58,027 bases of DNA, taken from the NCBI GenBank assembly GCA_009602725.1, contig WELB01000030.1:781390-839416 (forward strand). The letters are read 5' to 3'. A program made the position numbers and the translations under genes. The DNA comes from Spirogloea muscicola. Taxonomy: Eukaryota. The notes beneath the pieces were generated by a model. That model searched no databases. It had not been told where the DNA came from and worked only from the letters and a program-made list of their open reading frames with translations. Positions 11,584 through 25,900 of this stretch are shown here, in pieces (within the stretch, counting starts at the first letter, position 1; each line of letters begins with the position of its first letter).

Positions 11584-14500
11584 TCAAGTGCCTACACCAC
11601 TGTAAAAACCTACCGGCCATTGGCGCTGATCAAGCTGCCTGGAGCGGGGAGCAGAAGGTAAATCTGTGGGTGGTTTGGATGGGCCTTTGATGAGGATGGC
11701 AGCTATCTCATGGTGTGAGACAAGCAGTTGAACCGGTCGGAACTCCATAAGATCCCAGTAGCTGGCGACGCCATCCTCAAAGGCAATGAGTTCCCGCTCA
11801 AGAAGGTGCTCAAAAGCCTGCCATAGTCAATGCAGATCATTATCTACAACCCTTGGGGCAGTGACTCGAATGTTTGTAATTTGTTACTTTAGTATGCACT
11901 AATGATCTTAGGTGTCATTCCTACTGAAGAAGTACACATATCCGGTCAGCTACCAGCAGTGGCTGTCTTAACAACCTCAAGCCACTTGACATGCCTGACC
12001 TATTTCCTTGCGTATGCTCTTGCTCTTATACTCCGAGGCCTGTGCCTACTAATCGAAACCTCCAAGCTTTCAGATATTGCAGGTTATAACTAGTTGCTCA
12101 CTCTGAGAGCCACTGAGCGAGAAAAATTGTCTGCCACACTGTGCTTGCTGGCTGACAGTTGCTCGTACTCTGCCCATGTAGACAGAAGGTGCCAGGACAA
12201 ATCTGTGAGAACAAGCCTACTATTGGCTGGAAACAGGACTACATAGGATGAGCATCGAGGTTCAAGCATAAATACAGAACGTGTTAATGTGAACAGGAGT
12301 CTACAAAAGATAAAAGGACAGCTGTTAATTTGCTCAGTATAATATGGTGCAACTTTGATCGGCAATGGTGCAGTGTCACTTTCTTCACCTGCAAAGATCA
12401 TGCTGAAGTTGTATGCATCTCTGTCCCGTCCTTCCAGTCGCTTCATGGCCACAAGCAAGTACATTTCAAGAATCGATACATCTGAGGATGAAATTTAACC
12501 ACTATGTTAGTGATGGAGAGCATAGCTAATCAAATCAGAGCCTTGCAAGAGCTTCATGAGTTGATCAACAATGCAAAGTAGCCACTTTCTTACCTCTAAG
12601 CATTAGCAGTTTCGGTGGCCCGCAAAGAGATACCATGGCCGCCTGAAAGTTATCGAGGGTAAGATAACCTATTCTGTGATCCAGATCACAGATGGCACGA
12701 AACCTGTTTCATGCAATATCTGACCTCTGCATCAGCAACCTACAAGATTTAGTAATCAGCCCGGTACCACTTATTTGCTATCTGATGAAGCTTGTGTCTT
12801 CACGGAAACAATATATGGAGCTGCTGTATACATCTGCATATGTCGATCAGGAACGGGGCAACAAAATGCAGAGTTGGGCCTTCTAGAAAGAGTACCCCAG
12901 GTCCATCACATGCTGCACACTCAGGTCTATGCTAGTGTGTGCCTGCAGAAGTCTTTGCATTTCGGGAACAGCCATAAGCTCCTGCACGTCAACAAGCACA
13001 ATCGTACTGATGATAAACCTCAGAACATAGTAATGCATAACATTCAATGCCCTTGAACGCCGCAATGCAACTCGCATGCTTGAGGTGCTAATTGACCAGC
13101 TCTAAAGGCGATACAAAGGCAATACTCTGCTGAGATTGTGAAATTTTGCTTCTTACAGCAAGCATATCATTGAAGTGGACTGCATAGTTGTTGTCTGAGA
13201 AAGCCGGCGGCTCAGGAAGTGTGAGAACCTCCTGAAGAAGGCTGCAAACATTGCAACAGCAGACCAAAGCTCCACAGCAACTTGAGTTACACAGCAATGA
13301 CGTAGACGCCCTTGGCAAGTCATCAGAGGCCCTACTGCACATCAGCTTGCTTACAAGTCACAAGTATGTCCCGAGCAACTTTGCTCTGCTTGTACAATGC
13401 AAAGCCTGGCTTAGGACTCACAGAGATGCGTCCTGCATGGTAAGTGGCAGGAAGAGCAGCTTCCTATGCAGAAAGCGGGACCGCACCCGCTTTTCTAGAA
13501 GTTGATCACCATCCTGCAAAATCCAGAATATGGTCAGTGAGGATCTATGGAGATCAAGAACCCTGAACAAGGCAAACCACCGTCATAGTAGGCCCTTACT
13601 GTGCTGACTGTCTCCAAGAAACTTGACAGAGTGCTCAGAGGCAATCTCACCAGGCGACAGCTTATTGCAACAACTGCAGCCTGCACGTAGGAGTATTGCA
13701 GGGCATCAAGGATTGTATAGAGCAGACTTTGCCTCCGGCCCTACGCAAGACACTTTGCAAGTGCAAAGTCTGTCAAAAGGAGGTTGAGGAGCAGTGCCTT
13801 CTTCTGCCTGCCCTGTTTTTGGTCCAGTTACTAAGATTCCAGGCTCAGATTTTGGTCAGAGGAAGAGGCATCTATTGCTAGGTAGTAAGTATCACTTGGT
13901 GCTGGCAGACTGAACATAATTACCACAATATTCTGGAATATTCTGCGAGCGACTTCTTATCTTGAACAACCTCATGTCCTGCTGGCGACACACTGCTTTA
14001 TCTGCTATTATGGGAACAGACCTGGGTAAATAAGTCAAATTCGTCCAGCACAAATATGACTGCTCTGTGTCCATTTGCGCACTCCCTGGAAGAGCGTTGA
14101 GAGTATATTAGACTCCTGAAGCATTTTGCAGAGCACCACAATGCTATAGCGCGCACAGGTCTTGCAGCACAGCTTGGTTGACCTGAAATGACACCAACGT
14201 TTGATGTCTAACTTGACCACAACGTGAAAGTGCAGGTGGTTACAGAACAGCACCTTAGCATGTCTTGTAGAAATTGCTCATTGTCCTCGAAGGAAGACTG
14301 CAAAACATACAGAAGAGCTCGATGACTTGGCTCTAGCTTCAAGTAGTCTATTTCATAGTGAGGTAGTCCATACTTGGTTCAACCTTCTAGTAGACTGATC
14401 AACATCTTAGCAAAAGCTGGGAGAGCTCATCCTGCTTATGAAGGACGTCTGCATCTGCTTGTTTGACGCTTCACTGTCAAGATTCTGCAACTGCTATACT

Positions 14501-15693
14501 TACTGCTCTGGAAAAAGGAAGGCTAAGATCAATACAGAGCTGCCGTGCTATCTCCTGTTTCCTCAATGACATGGCCATTTCAACCAATGTCACAAGCTCA
14601 GCACCTCATCATTAAGGCCAAGTACTGCAAGCATGCACTCAGGTGATGCACTCAGGTGATGCACGAATTGCTAGCAAAGTGCAATTGATGCCCAAACAAG
14701 ACCTGACGTATGACTGGATCACGCCTTGCCACGTGGTGGCTTGGGGTGCATACTTGTCTTATAGGACCGTCCCTTTCATGCTGCGAGGCTATTGTGACAC
14801 TGACCCTATTGAGAGCTTCGTCTGAACAATGCGACCTTAAAAGCGGTGCGGTCATCTCCATGGAGAACACCGTGTAGACGCACCTGCACATCGTCCCACC
14901 ATTACGACACAGGGAGGTGAATTCCTGCAACTTGATTGGAACAGTCGGCCTTGATCTTCTCGCTTGAGCCGGTCAAGCCACCAGCTAGAGAGCAAGCTTG
15001 TCATCAAGGTACAGTGTCGATCGACTGCCTTGCAGATATACAAGTCAGAGGCTGCAGCAAACAGTGGCTCACTTACCACGGATACTCGATTGGGGTACTT
15101 GGAAAGGAGATCAGCAAGCACAACTTCCACAACCCGGACAGCACAGCAGCGCCTTAGCTTCCGTGCGCAGTGAGCTCAGACATTCTTCTGACTTGCCTAG
15201 TCAGTCTTGGCGCAGACTTAAGGCTGCGGATGCCCAGGCAGCAGACATACCAAGGACTTCCCGCAGCCTCTGGGACCAAGTAGTAGGGCGGAGTTGTTCT
15301 GAGCCTGTAAAATGGCTCCGGTGAGAAGATCCTGCAATTGACTGTTAGACGGAGTCCCGCCTTACTGGCAGAGTGAGAAAGGTATAGACGGCCAGCCAAG
15401 TGAGACAGCTTCTTCCGGCGTGCTCTTGAAAGCAAGAGCAGCAAGGAGCTGATAGAGATGCAAGCTTCTCAGTCAACGTCGAGAGAGGAGCCAGCGCATG
15501 CAAATTGGTCGACGCACATCCGGTTTGCTTGAGCCTCTGGCCGGAGGAACCGAGCTTGCTCCCCGACGCTGCCGGACACGCCACAGCGGCCGTGGACGCC
15601 CACGAGCCTCCGGCGGAGAAGCGCCGCGGCCTCCTCCGCGAGGGCCGCAGCGGCAGCCGCGCCCGCAGGCGGCGCCGCGCAGGCGGCCGCCAT
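11584..15693 (-). CDS. ORC4: Origin recognition complex subunit 4, multi-exon
   Basis: Exons encode NNSALLLGPRGCGKSL (Walker A), VLADLLSKYPNRVSV, DGDQLLEKRVRSRFLHRKLLFLP, MYLLVAMKRLEGRDRDAYNF and AFEHLLERELIAF..EFRPVQLLVS, as in plant ORC4. The exact stop is uncertain. Confidence 0.9.
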
Positions 15694-15740
15694 GGCGCAG
15701 CGCCACGCCACGGCGCGGGAGCGCCACCGTCTTCGTAATT

Positions 15741-15749
15741 TCTCCCGCC
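15741..15749. promoter_or_regulatory. Candidate E2F binding element upstream of ORC4
   Basis: TCTCCCGCC matches the plant E2F motif TYTCCCGCC and lies ~48 bp upstream of the ORC4 ATG. Replication-licensing genes are classic E2F targets. Confidence 0.6.
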
Positions 15750-16017
15750 AATAACTGGGGTTATCCACGCTGCGCCCCGCGGGTTAACCCGACCGGCGGG
15801 AGGGGTGACCGTGACCGGCCTAGAGGGTGACGGGAGTATCACGGCGCCAGGCTGTCGGTAGGGGCCGGCTAACGGCAACTCATCCGGTCACCCATTGGGT
15901 GCGGCCACATCCGGCGGGGATCACGGGGCCACCCTCGACCGCCAATCGGAGACGCGCAGCAGACAATCCGACCATCCGTGGATCCTTGCAAGCCCGCTCG
16001 CTCCAAAGAATACGCAA

Positions 16018-17109
16018 ATGCCCGGATCCCCGCCAAGCCCNCCGCCGCTGGCAAGGTGCGTGCTGCAGGCGCTCGCTGCGGCGCCGCCCGCCTGCCTGGC
16101 GGCTGTGGCCCTTCAGCTCGCCCCGCGGCGACGGGCAGCCGCCCACCGTCTGCGGCGGAGCTTTGCGGCGGCGAACGCTGGCGGATGATGGCCTGGTCTC
16201 ACTGGCCGCACTGTGTGCGGTGTAGGCAGAGCAGTAGTCAGCACTGTGTGGGAACCATGCAGCGCCCGAGCATCTGAGCCTGCATTGTGCGCTTGCCCAA
16301 GCGCACAATGCAGCCACCCTGGTTGGGTCGCTAACGCTCCCTGCAAGCCTCCTCCTGTGGCCCCCAGGTTCTCCTCGCTGCTCGGCCCTGCAAGGGCAAG
16401 GGCGCCCTCGGCGCACGCTGTGATGGCTTCATTGGGTCCTCCACCAACCTGGTCAGTGCTCAGCGCCCTCAGTGCGGGGTGGGGGTGGACCGCATGGATG
16501 GTCCTTGTTGTCCTGCAGTCTTAATGAGCTGTAGCATATATGATCGTGTATTGCTGGGGGCCTCGGTTGCAGCGAGCAGGCTTCTGAGCTGTCCTCCGCA
16601 AGGAATTGCCAGTGTCTCATGGACTCGAGCAGGATAGGCTTGCTCCCAATGTAGACGCTCAACACGTGCGACGTTAGTTAGCTCTAGCATTGAGAATTAC
16701 AGGGGGCCCTTGCTAGCGGGCAGTCCAGTGGCTTATGGCAGTCCGCTTGTCTTCGTATTCAGCAGTTTGTCAAGTTCTGTACAGCTCTAGTCATACAATG
16801 TAATCAGTACGATGCAACGGATAGTGGCCAAAGGATGTGTGAGCAGCACTCACCTCCTTCACTGCGGGGGTCCATCTGCAGATTGTGTGCGGCTCCACCG
16901 CCCTCTTCCTCGCCGCCGCCCGCTTCGGCCTTGCCCCCACAGCCAACCGGGAGGCCAGCGCCGGCCTCAAGCTCTCTGAGAGAGACACAGGCCTGCAAAC
17001 GGGCGACCCGGCTGGCTTCACTGCCACCGACGTTCTCGCATACGGCACCATCGGCCATGCTGTTGCTATTGGCGCAATCCTCAGCCTCAAGCTCACCGGC
17101 AATTACTAG
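16018..17109 (+). CDS. PSAK: Photosystem I subunit K precursor
   Basis: Exon 16368-16451 gives [28 protein letters not shown]. Exon 16882-17109 gives [31 protein letters not shown]...[24 protein letters not shown]. The first exon and start are obscured by an n at 16041. Confidence 0.93.
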
Positions 17110-18464
17110 ACATAGAGCAATGGCCACATTCTTTGTACATGAGATATTAAGCAATTTGTCCTCCCTTGTCCCCATTTACCAGCCCCCTCCGCAAATAGGA
17201 CTGTGATATGTTACTTGGTGGTCTTCTTCGTGTTGAAGTTTGAGGCAGTTGTTGCAGTCTTGAGTTGCCCGCCATTCTCAGGGTGTAGGTCAAGCTTGTG
17301 GTGGCCGTTAAGACTTGTATTCTACCTGAAGTGCAAGTTACCTATGCATTATGCAGCTGCTCAATGTTCCTGACTTATTGACTTGACGACTAACTGTAAG
17401 TCTGCTGTCAATTACTGTGCTGTGGTACTGTTGCTCTTGGGTGTTATGCCTGGGCTGGCTAGGATGAAACGTTGTTGGACCAGTGTCAGGAAATCTTGAG
17501 GGTTCCGTGGTGCCCATTTGGTTGTGAGTCTGTTGTACTTGTGAGCAGATACAAAGCACTTCCGCTGCCCAACAGAATAATGCAGTAAGCACATTGCTTT
17601 CTGATGGCATAAACATTGAACCTTATCCTCTGCACCCCCAGTCCTTTCGCTTTCCTTGGTTTGGTCAAACAATGAGCTAACCGTGAGTACAGTCTTCATG
17701 ATTAACTCCCAAACAGACTTTTGCCCTGCTAAGCTTACACTTCTGTGTCATACGTGCTTGCTTAGGCTACACGGTTAGCTAGAGGCCTGTGCAGAACAGC
17801 TCATGACAATCGCGCTTCCAGAAAATGACATTGATTAGTCTTGCTCTGCAAACATTCCGTACGTGGTAATGTACTCCAAGCATTTGAGAGCAGACAAGAA
17901 GAGATAGAAGGTATTAAAAGAGCGAAGGAGCACTTTCTTGAGTGTCGTGTGACTGCATGCTTGTCATGCCTTCGAACTGAGTCCAAATCTGGTCTGAGCG
18001 TCTTCAGAAGTGAGGCAGCAGAATTCAATAATGAGATAGCCACCTAGGCATCTTCTCCGTAAAGGTGCTGACAATGAATAAGAAGGGCCTGCCAAGCCCT
18101 GCGCTGGTAGTCCTCCTCCTTCCAATCCAGAATTGCCGGCGCCTGGCTCACACTCAATCATCGATGGGAGTGGAGTGCCTGGGGTTCGAAGGTGCGGAAG
18201 ATTGAAGACCTTAGGCCCCCTTAGCATGGTTCCCTTCGTATAGGGCTTGGCTTCCGGTAGCACTGCAATGCCTACACCGCTCCCAGGCACTCCCGGTACA
18301 CCAGCGTGCCAGGCGCACACTAGGCCAGGCTAATGGCGTGCGTTGGTGGTGCTCTGGCTCCTCAGCTTAGCTCGTCGCTTATGATGTGCTCACTTGTGGG
18401 TGCTAGAGACTCCCTCAGACAGCTCAGTGCACAGTTACCAGAGCCACTTTTGTAAGGAACTGGC

Positions 18465-19275
18465 TCATTCAAAGGGGGCGCGGGCTGTGAACAGCCAGCA
18501 CTTGTAAGCCTTGGATTGGCCTCCCTTTCATTCCATCCGCCCCGCGCGCCTTTATATTTCTTGTTGCCCCGTTCTTTGCACAAGCGTTTGTCTGAACGGT
18601 GTGTTGACCTGGTTTAGCCTCCGAATTCCTTCATGCGCAGCGCACCATTCCACTTTTAAAGGTAGAAGGCTGTGACGCCCGGGCGCAGCAGCAAATAACC
18701 GTTCGCTAAGCAAGGCAATGGCTGAAAGACGCTAGCCCAAAAAGAATGAACAAGGTCTGAAAGGGCCAGAAGGTGCGAATAATACGAGTACACTCTCCGT
18801 GACGTCTGCGAACGAACGCTCAATTGTATCTAGTCAACATATGCAGATGGGAAGGTGCACCGCCCCCAATCATTCGTCCTCCGGCCCTTGTTGATGTTTC
18901 TGCAGGCCGTGGCGCTGATGCGTTCAGTATTGCCGCATAAAAAAGAAGGGACTTGCGCTCACTTTGCAGCGCTCCCAAGATTCGGCTAAACATCAGCGTG
19001 CCGGGCGTGCTCTTAGCCACTTAGCCAGGCCACTGGCTTCCGCACTGGTGCCCGGGTCCCCAAGTTAGCCTGTCGGATCTGTATGTGCAAACTCGCGGGT
19101 ACTGAAGTCCCCCTTCAGCCGGCTTTTGCTCTTCAACCTTAGGCCCGTTTGGCATAGAGCCTCGATTTATTTAGCCCCAGTCTTTGCATAAGCTTTTGCC
19201 TGTATAGTGTATTGGCTTGATTTGGCCTCCTTTTCATTTCAGACACACTGCCCGCCTTCTCTCACTCTCTCTGTC
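18465..19275. mobile_element. Cluster of degenerate RLE non-LTR retrotransposon 3' fragments
   Basis: A plus copy at ~18880-19270 reads LQRSQ..HQRAGRAL...QVSLSDLYVQTRGY* (stop 19103-19105), followed by the ttggcttgatttggcctcc tail. Minus-oriented tail motifs occur at ~18470-18500 and 18710-18790. Confidence 0.75.
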
Positions 19276-19962
19276 TCTCACCTAGGGCCCACACAAACGT
19301 TGGCGCTCACCCGGCGTATCAGGCTGGCCTGCAAGCCGTCACTTGCCCAACACTTTCCCGCCCTGTGGTGCAGGACTCAGCATTTGCCCAACTTGAGTCC
19401 TCGGTCGTGCCGCAAGTGCTCTTTGATTACGCGACACTGCACATCTGCGTGCCAACAACAGCGAAGTTTTGGGCAAGGTGCCTACGAGAGCTTGCAAAAA
19501 CGCCATCTGCCCCTGACAACCCACCAATAGGAATATAGGTTCAGCCACAATACATGCCTATGCTGGACTTGCCCAGTCTCAAGTGGTAATGATATTGTGA
19601 AGCATCACACCCTTCGGTTGGTTGAACACAAGCTACACCTATATCCTCTCCGTCTAACAAGACAGCCTCAGCCTAATGCAAGGCCATCGAGTGCTGCTGT
19701 GCCGAAGGCGAGCACACCTGGTCAGCAAGCAAAGAGCCGCCTATGTCGACCTGCTTGCCTCGCAGGAAGTTATCCTGGATCTTGCCAGGTCATTCCGACT
19801 TTGAGTCAAGCAGGCAGTAACATCTATACAAAGAGCCCTAAGAATGGCCTCAAAAAGCTGCGTATGACTTGAGCAGGTCTGGGCGCTTGACTCCCCCTTC
19901 TTGAGAAGTACGTCCAAGTCTGACAGCTGCTAGTGCTTCACAAGGCCCACTTCAAGAAGCTG

Positions 19963-22900
19963 TCATAGGCCTGTTACACTCGGTTTGGCTGTCCTATCCA
20001 GCGTCAAGGATGGGGCTCGTGACGATGGCCGCGAGCCGCGCACAACTTCAGCAATGCCCGGCAAGAAAGCTGAAATCTCAGTTGTCAACGTCTGCAGTCC
20101 AAAGACGAGCTCCTTGTGGAACTCCAGGTCGCCCTCTCGCATGACGCGTGTGTGCACATTGATTGCCTCCTTACACACACTGATGAAGCTGCGGATGGCC
20201 TCGGCGAGCAGCGGCACATTGGCTGGGCTCAGGTGCGGCCGCGGCTGCGGCTGCCGCTCTGGCCCCACAGGCGACAGGAACGCCATGCACACACCCAGCA
20301 TGCCACTATTCACTTGCACGGCCACGCTGCCCTGGAGCATGCGCTGCAGCACCTGTGTGAAGCAAGGTGGAAAGCAGGGTAGCATATGAGCGGCAACCCA
20401 TGGTGGCTCACATGAAGTGTTGCGGGAAGAGTACGTCACATGCGAGCTTGTTCGAAATGTAAAGATGACATGTCGATCTTACCTGTGCTCGTGGAGCGTA
20501 GTCGGCACCGCTGCTAGCAGCTACTGACAGCTCGTTCTGCAGCGCCTGCGTCCTGGACTCGATCATTGACACCGCGCATTCCAAAGGCGAGTACTCTCGG
20601 CTCTCTGACTTCACCACCTGAAGCCGCTTGACTAGGGCAGGGAACGGGCTCTCGCTCTCGAGGATGGTCCTCCTCTTCCATTGGTCTTCCAGTCCTCCAG
20701 CCTGGACGTAACAGCCAAACCAGTGGAGCTACTACAGTAAGACTACTGAAAGCCCTGCATGTCCTCTGTGCTAAGGCAACAAAATGTCATGTATTGATGA
20801 TGAAATGCCATAGGTGACTACCAACCACTTGACCTTGCCACATCGACACCCTCCCAAGTAAACCCATCAGTTGTCCTGAAAGGGGTGCTCACAGTAAAAG
20901 TGGCACTCAGATAAATTCGGCAAGAACCCAGATCGCGTCTAATACTGCTGACCTGTGATTTGCCATTTGTGGTGAACGGGGTGTCGAACAGGAATCTCTT
21001 GTATGAAGGCGCAGCTGCGGCAACGGTCTCTGGCGGCTTTCCCTTCCAGCACTCTTCCTCGCTGCCCACCACTGGCTCGACCGACGTGATCTGGAGGTAC
21101 GCAAAGCCCGGCTGCAGCTCCTCTGGCTTTATGTTCCTCGAATCCGGGAAGATCTGCAGCGGCACGTCGTAGTCATATCGCTTCTCGTACACCTTCCCCA
21201 GCCTCTCTACCATGTCGCCAAGGCGCACATCTCTGGCTTCCCGATAGATGAACTCCCTGGCAGTCGGAACAAGAGCCAGAAAGAATCAGACAGATTAGAG
21301 TCAACAGGCACCAACCACCTCCATACACCTAGTTAAGCACCCTAACTGAAGATCGTTTCATTGCTGACCCAAGCAATACTGCCTCCCTACAAGACCATGG
21401 TAATGCATTACGTAAGGACAGGTGCGGAGCTATTGCTCACTTCTTGTTCAGGCGACCGAAGCGGTCACCGTAGAAGCCCACACGGTAATAAGTTGCATCC
21501 TTGAACGGAATGGACCTGCCCTCCTGTTCTTGGATGGACTCGTAGATGCTCGTAAGAGACATGTGCACCCTTGCCAGCTGTTTCCAACAATTGTCTATGT
21601 TAGTACAACATCCACGTCAACTTATTACCAGTGATCTGCATGCCAAATATACTCGTTCACATCTCACAGACCTGTAGACATGGCGGCCTATCAAGCACAT
21701 AAATGCAGGCAACTTCTGTATTGGGCTGGCACGTCAAAGTTCCAGGAATAGGCACGACTGTGGCTATGCTTTATTCTTGACCTGGCCAAAAGCACGCCGG
21801 CTCTTGAAGGCTGGAATCTGCAACTCCAGGAGGTCAGAGCAGAAGCTGTAAAGCTCCGCCTTAACGAAGAAGCCATATGCCATCTGTAGGTATCTGATGG
21901 CGGAGTCCGCAGTGAGCTTTGTTGTTCCCAGGCCAGCGGTGGAGTTGTTGGGGTCCTCGATCCCGTCTAACATCCTGACAGGACATATTCTCCGCAGAGT
22001 GTCGAGGTGTTCCAAGGTCCATGTTTTGGATCCGCCTACAGACACTAGCATCTGCAAGAGCACGGATGCTAAGATACAGTCAATACAAAGATACAGTCGC
22101 TGTAAACCCACCAAACTACAATTTGCTTCTTGAGCAGTAGTAGTAAATCGCTTTGTTGTCCATCACACTATCATTCGCTTCTTGAGCAGTAGTAGTACAT
22201 CACTTGGTGAAAATAGCAGGCATTTGGAGACGACAACACACCACTTCGCATGCTTCAGCAACAACGTGATTATCGACAATGAGGAGCAGAGCCATGTGTG
22301 CATTCGCCATCTGAAGCTACACTTACCCTGAGGATGACCCCCACCACAGCAACAGCACATTGGGCAGCTTCTGCCCAAGACTCGTTCTCCTGGTGATTGT
22401 TGCAAAGGTGGAGAAGCCACATGATTTGAAGGTCTGGTACTCGCCTATAAGCTCGTGCCAGAGCATAAAAGCTCTCTGCCATCACGTACTTGTCTGCAAC
22501 ACTGAGCATGGCCTGATCCAGAAGACAAAGTCACCCGCACTTAGATTGATGATGCATACTGGTCTTCTAGATGCCTCGTGCCTGTACGTTGGCAACAATG
22601 GGAATGAGCTATTTCAGAAAGGTGATAAATTAGTCAAAGCCCTCATTAACGTCTTGTGCTACTTCCCTGCACTCGCAGGAAACCACACAAGATCAGCACC
22701 ACTCACAAGTCGGGAGTGTTCAAGCTGGGCCTCCAAAACCTCCACCAGCGAATCCTTGAGCTCGCCAAGGACATGCTGGCGCCATGATCTCTCCTCTGAG
22801 ATGGACAGTGCTGGCTTTATTGTATCGGCAATTCCCTCCAACCCCACAATAGAGGCTGCAGTGGTGGCCGGAGAGGCTGCCGTGGTTGTGGGAACACCCT

Positions 22901-25900
22901 CCAGTCTTCCAAGCTCTGCTAGGGATAACCTCAGCCTGGCAATTTCCTCGCTCTCTTCCAGCACCCCTCTCAAGTTCTTGGTCAGAACAGGAACATCTGA
23001 GATGAGCTCGGACAACGTCATGATCAGCATCACCTGCAAGCGCTCTGTGCTGCGGAAGTTGGTGTGCCCATTCTGTCAAGCAACAATCACAAGCAATGTG
23101 TAAGCAGCTTCACGCAACCACCTCCAAGGCATTCTCAAACTATGTGCAATAACAGTCCTTCAGTCTTTTGAGTCAAACGCCTGTGCTTCTACATTCCAGA
23201 CAAGGACTGTGTTTCTAATTCCATCTAAAGAAGCTAGTGAGCAGCCTTACTCAAACATCCAAGAGCTTATACGCAGGGTAAAACTGTCCACAGTGAGGAC
23301 TCACATTTAGGAGTATGTAAAGAGCAGCAATGGCTCCCTTTCGAAGGAACTCTGTCTTTGATACAAGGAGGCGGACGAAGTAGAAAGCGACATCCTTTTG
23401 GAAGCGGTTATTCACAGGTGAGAGGAGGACAGCCCCTTGAGATGAGAGGAGCTCTGAGAATATGGGAAGAAAGGTCTTCCAGAAGGTAAGATATTGGCCT
23501 TTGGACAAAAGAATTGTCAACACAGCTGTGAAGCACTCTAATTTGTCATAGTCCGTCTGAACCTGCCGAGCCGATACTGCTGCTGAGAATCTTCGCAGGA
23601 TCTCCACAACTTGAAGGCTGACGGCAAGGCTCATGTTATCCTCCCAAACTACCTGCAGGTCTCCAGAAATGTCAACTCAGTGGACTGCCAAAGCGGCGCC
23701 TACCGCGCCTATGCGGCTCTTTTGCTCTTCCTTTCCTTCTGCAATGCAACCTGTAGTCCTAAATGGGTAGCCATGCCATCCTAGCTGTGCCTTGTCTGTA
23801 TCATCTGCACATTGCTCGATGCATGACTGTGTCTTGCTGTTGCTTTTGCATACAGTCATATGCTACATTGCAAGCTGCAGAGTACATTGATCCAGTACTG
23901 TGCTGTGCACTTCAATAGCCATCACATGACTCTTATATCTGACTATAGGCACAAATGTCTGCACGGACAACACTCTCACTGAGCTTGCTCATACCAGCTT
24001 GGACTTCAAAACAGGATGTAAGCTGTCCCTCAGAGCCCTGACAGCCTCCTTCCGCGATATTTGTGGCTGAGTCAAGGCGTCCCGCAAGGGAGCTCTAACG
24101 GGTCCAAATGAGCTGGGAGAGCTAAGCTGCCCTGCCAGCGCCAATTGCATCTGACTTGACTGAGAAAGCTTACGCAGGAGGAAAGCATTTTCACCAGCAG
24201 TCTGTACCTGCAGAGAAGTTTTCATTAGCTCCAATGGTCGCAGAGGTGCAAGAAACCTTTCTGCTGCCACCAGTACAGCTCAATAGCAGTCCAAAAATAC
24301 TCTGTGCTGAGAATAGTAAGCATTGTCCTGTCAACGCAGCTCCTAGAGCCCTCAACACAGAACAGGGGACTTCAGAGCAAAGACAAATACAATCACGAAA
24401 TTGAAATCTAGCAGCCATTGCATCCTCACAGAGTTGCGAGAAGGGATTTGGAAGCCCATGCAGTGACCTTGTTATCAACTCGAGAAGCCTCTGATAAGAA
24501 CCAGTCGGTGGAGGGAGCTAGCTTGTTGGAATAATTGGGTGATGAAGTGCCTGCGTCGTCCTCGGGGCTGGGCAACTTTGGGCCTGGAATTGCCTCTACC
24601 ACAGGCTTGTTGCGCTGCAAAGCCAAGTTTCTCAATCAGCACTGAAAATGTATGGGCTGCAGCTGCATACTGCGCAATGTATAAGCAACAAACTGCTCCA
24701 TCAGGGGGTAGTTGACATGGAGGCAGACCCCAAAGAGCATCAGAGACTCCTCCAAGAGCTTGAAGAAGAGGCGACTGTGCTCTGGACTCTGCTGCCAAAG
24801 CTCCAAGAGGGACTGGTCATCAACGTAGCGCAAGACCATCAACACGCACACAAGCTCATCCCGTTTCTCTGTGTGGCCAAGTGTGCTGAACGTTCCCCAT
24901 CGGTCAAGCACCTGCTCAGAGGTCAGTAGCCCAACGGCCAAAGGCACATGAGCAACTAGAAGGGCGAGTCCAATTGCCATACCTTCCTAGACCGAGCTGT
25001 CTGGTGTAAGTGTAGCTTCGGAATGATAATGTAAGCAACTGTGGTGCTGAACCAAGCAATAGCACTAAGTAATTGTGATGCTAGACCAGAATCTCCTACA
25101 GGGGAGGGTTTCACACAAGATTGATAAGTGGCAGGTATAGTTGTGCTATGTGCATTTTGTCTTCCTTGCTCTGATACTTCACATCGTTCTCGTGCTTGCA
25201 CATCAAGCTGGCTAGTATCCTTGCCGCCTGCCCAGAAGAACGAGTTCTGAATGAGGACAGTGTCAATATGCCATGTATCATTACACTCCAATTACATCAG
25301 ATTTCCGTAACCCCACACTGACCTTTGACCTAGGATAACATAAAGTACATTACCTTGGATCTCAGGTGGAACTCCTCATGGTCAAGTGTGGCAACAAGCT
25401 CATGAAGGACGACTGCTGACAGATAATTTCTGCAGCTTGAGAGGATGGTTGTCTCAGTACTAATCAGCCTAAGTAAGCGAAGCATTGTGAGGCACTTGAC
25501 ACATTAGCTCGAACATCAAACAGAAGCCGAGAATCAGTGGCTCCAGAGACTGGCTCAAGGACCATAGATTGGACCAATATGGTACGAGATGATCAAGCTA
25601 AAAGCAGGGCCTTCAACACAGGAGCTGGTATGGACTATGTTTGACATTGCCAGGTCAGAGCATTGCTTCTCCTCATGCAACGTACTTTTCCGAGGGCACT
25701 CGGCCAGGAAGCTCCAAGTAGAGGTCATGATCAGATATGATCCCTAGAAATGTGAGCTTACAGTCCTGCAAGACTTGTTGCTGCACACCTTGGAACTTAT
25801 CAAGGTACAAGGCCACCTGTAATGGCCAGAGATGCAGAGGTCATAATCTGACAAGCTGACTTTCCATACTAGCAAAGTGAAGCTTGCTTTCACTAAAGGT

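Noticed and set aside
11584..11700. Possible frameshift in the last ORC4 exon (alternative frame KAHPNHPQIY)
   Set aside because: The uninterrupted frame (KGPSKPPTDL) is equally plausible, and this cannot be decided without transcripts.
14632..14663. 14-bp tandem repeat in an ORC4 intron, and a ~30-bp direct repeat at ~22124/22177 in an SPK1 intron
   Set aside because: Ordinary local slippage duplications with no further structure.
550..15693. Functional clustering of POT1 and ORC4 (chromosome maintenance)
   Set aside because: They are separated by an unrelated gene and repeats, with no evidence beyond chance adjacency.
25690..25816. Apparent premature stop in an SPK1 exon
   Set aside because: The correct frame reads through (VALYLDKFQGVQQQVLQDCKLTFLGIISDHDL). 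The stop is in another frame.
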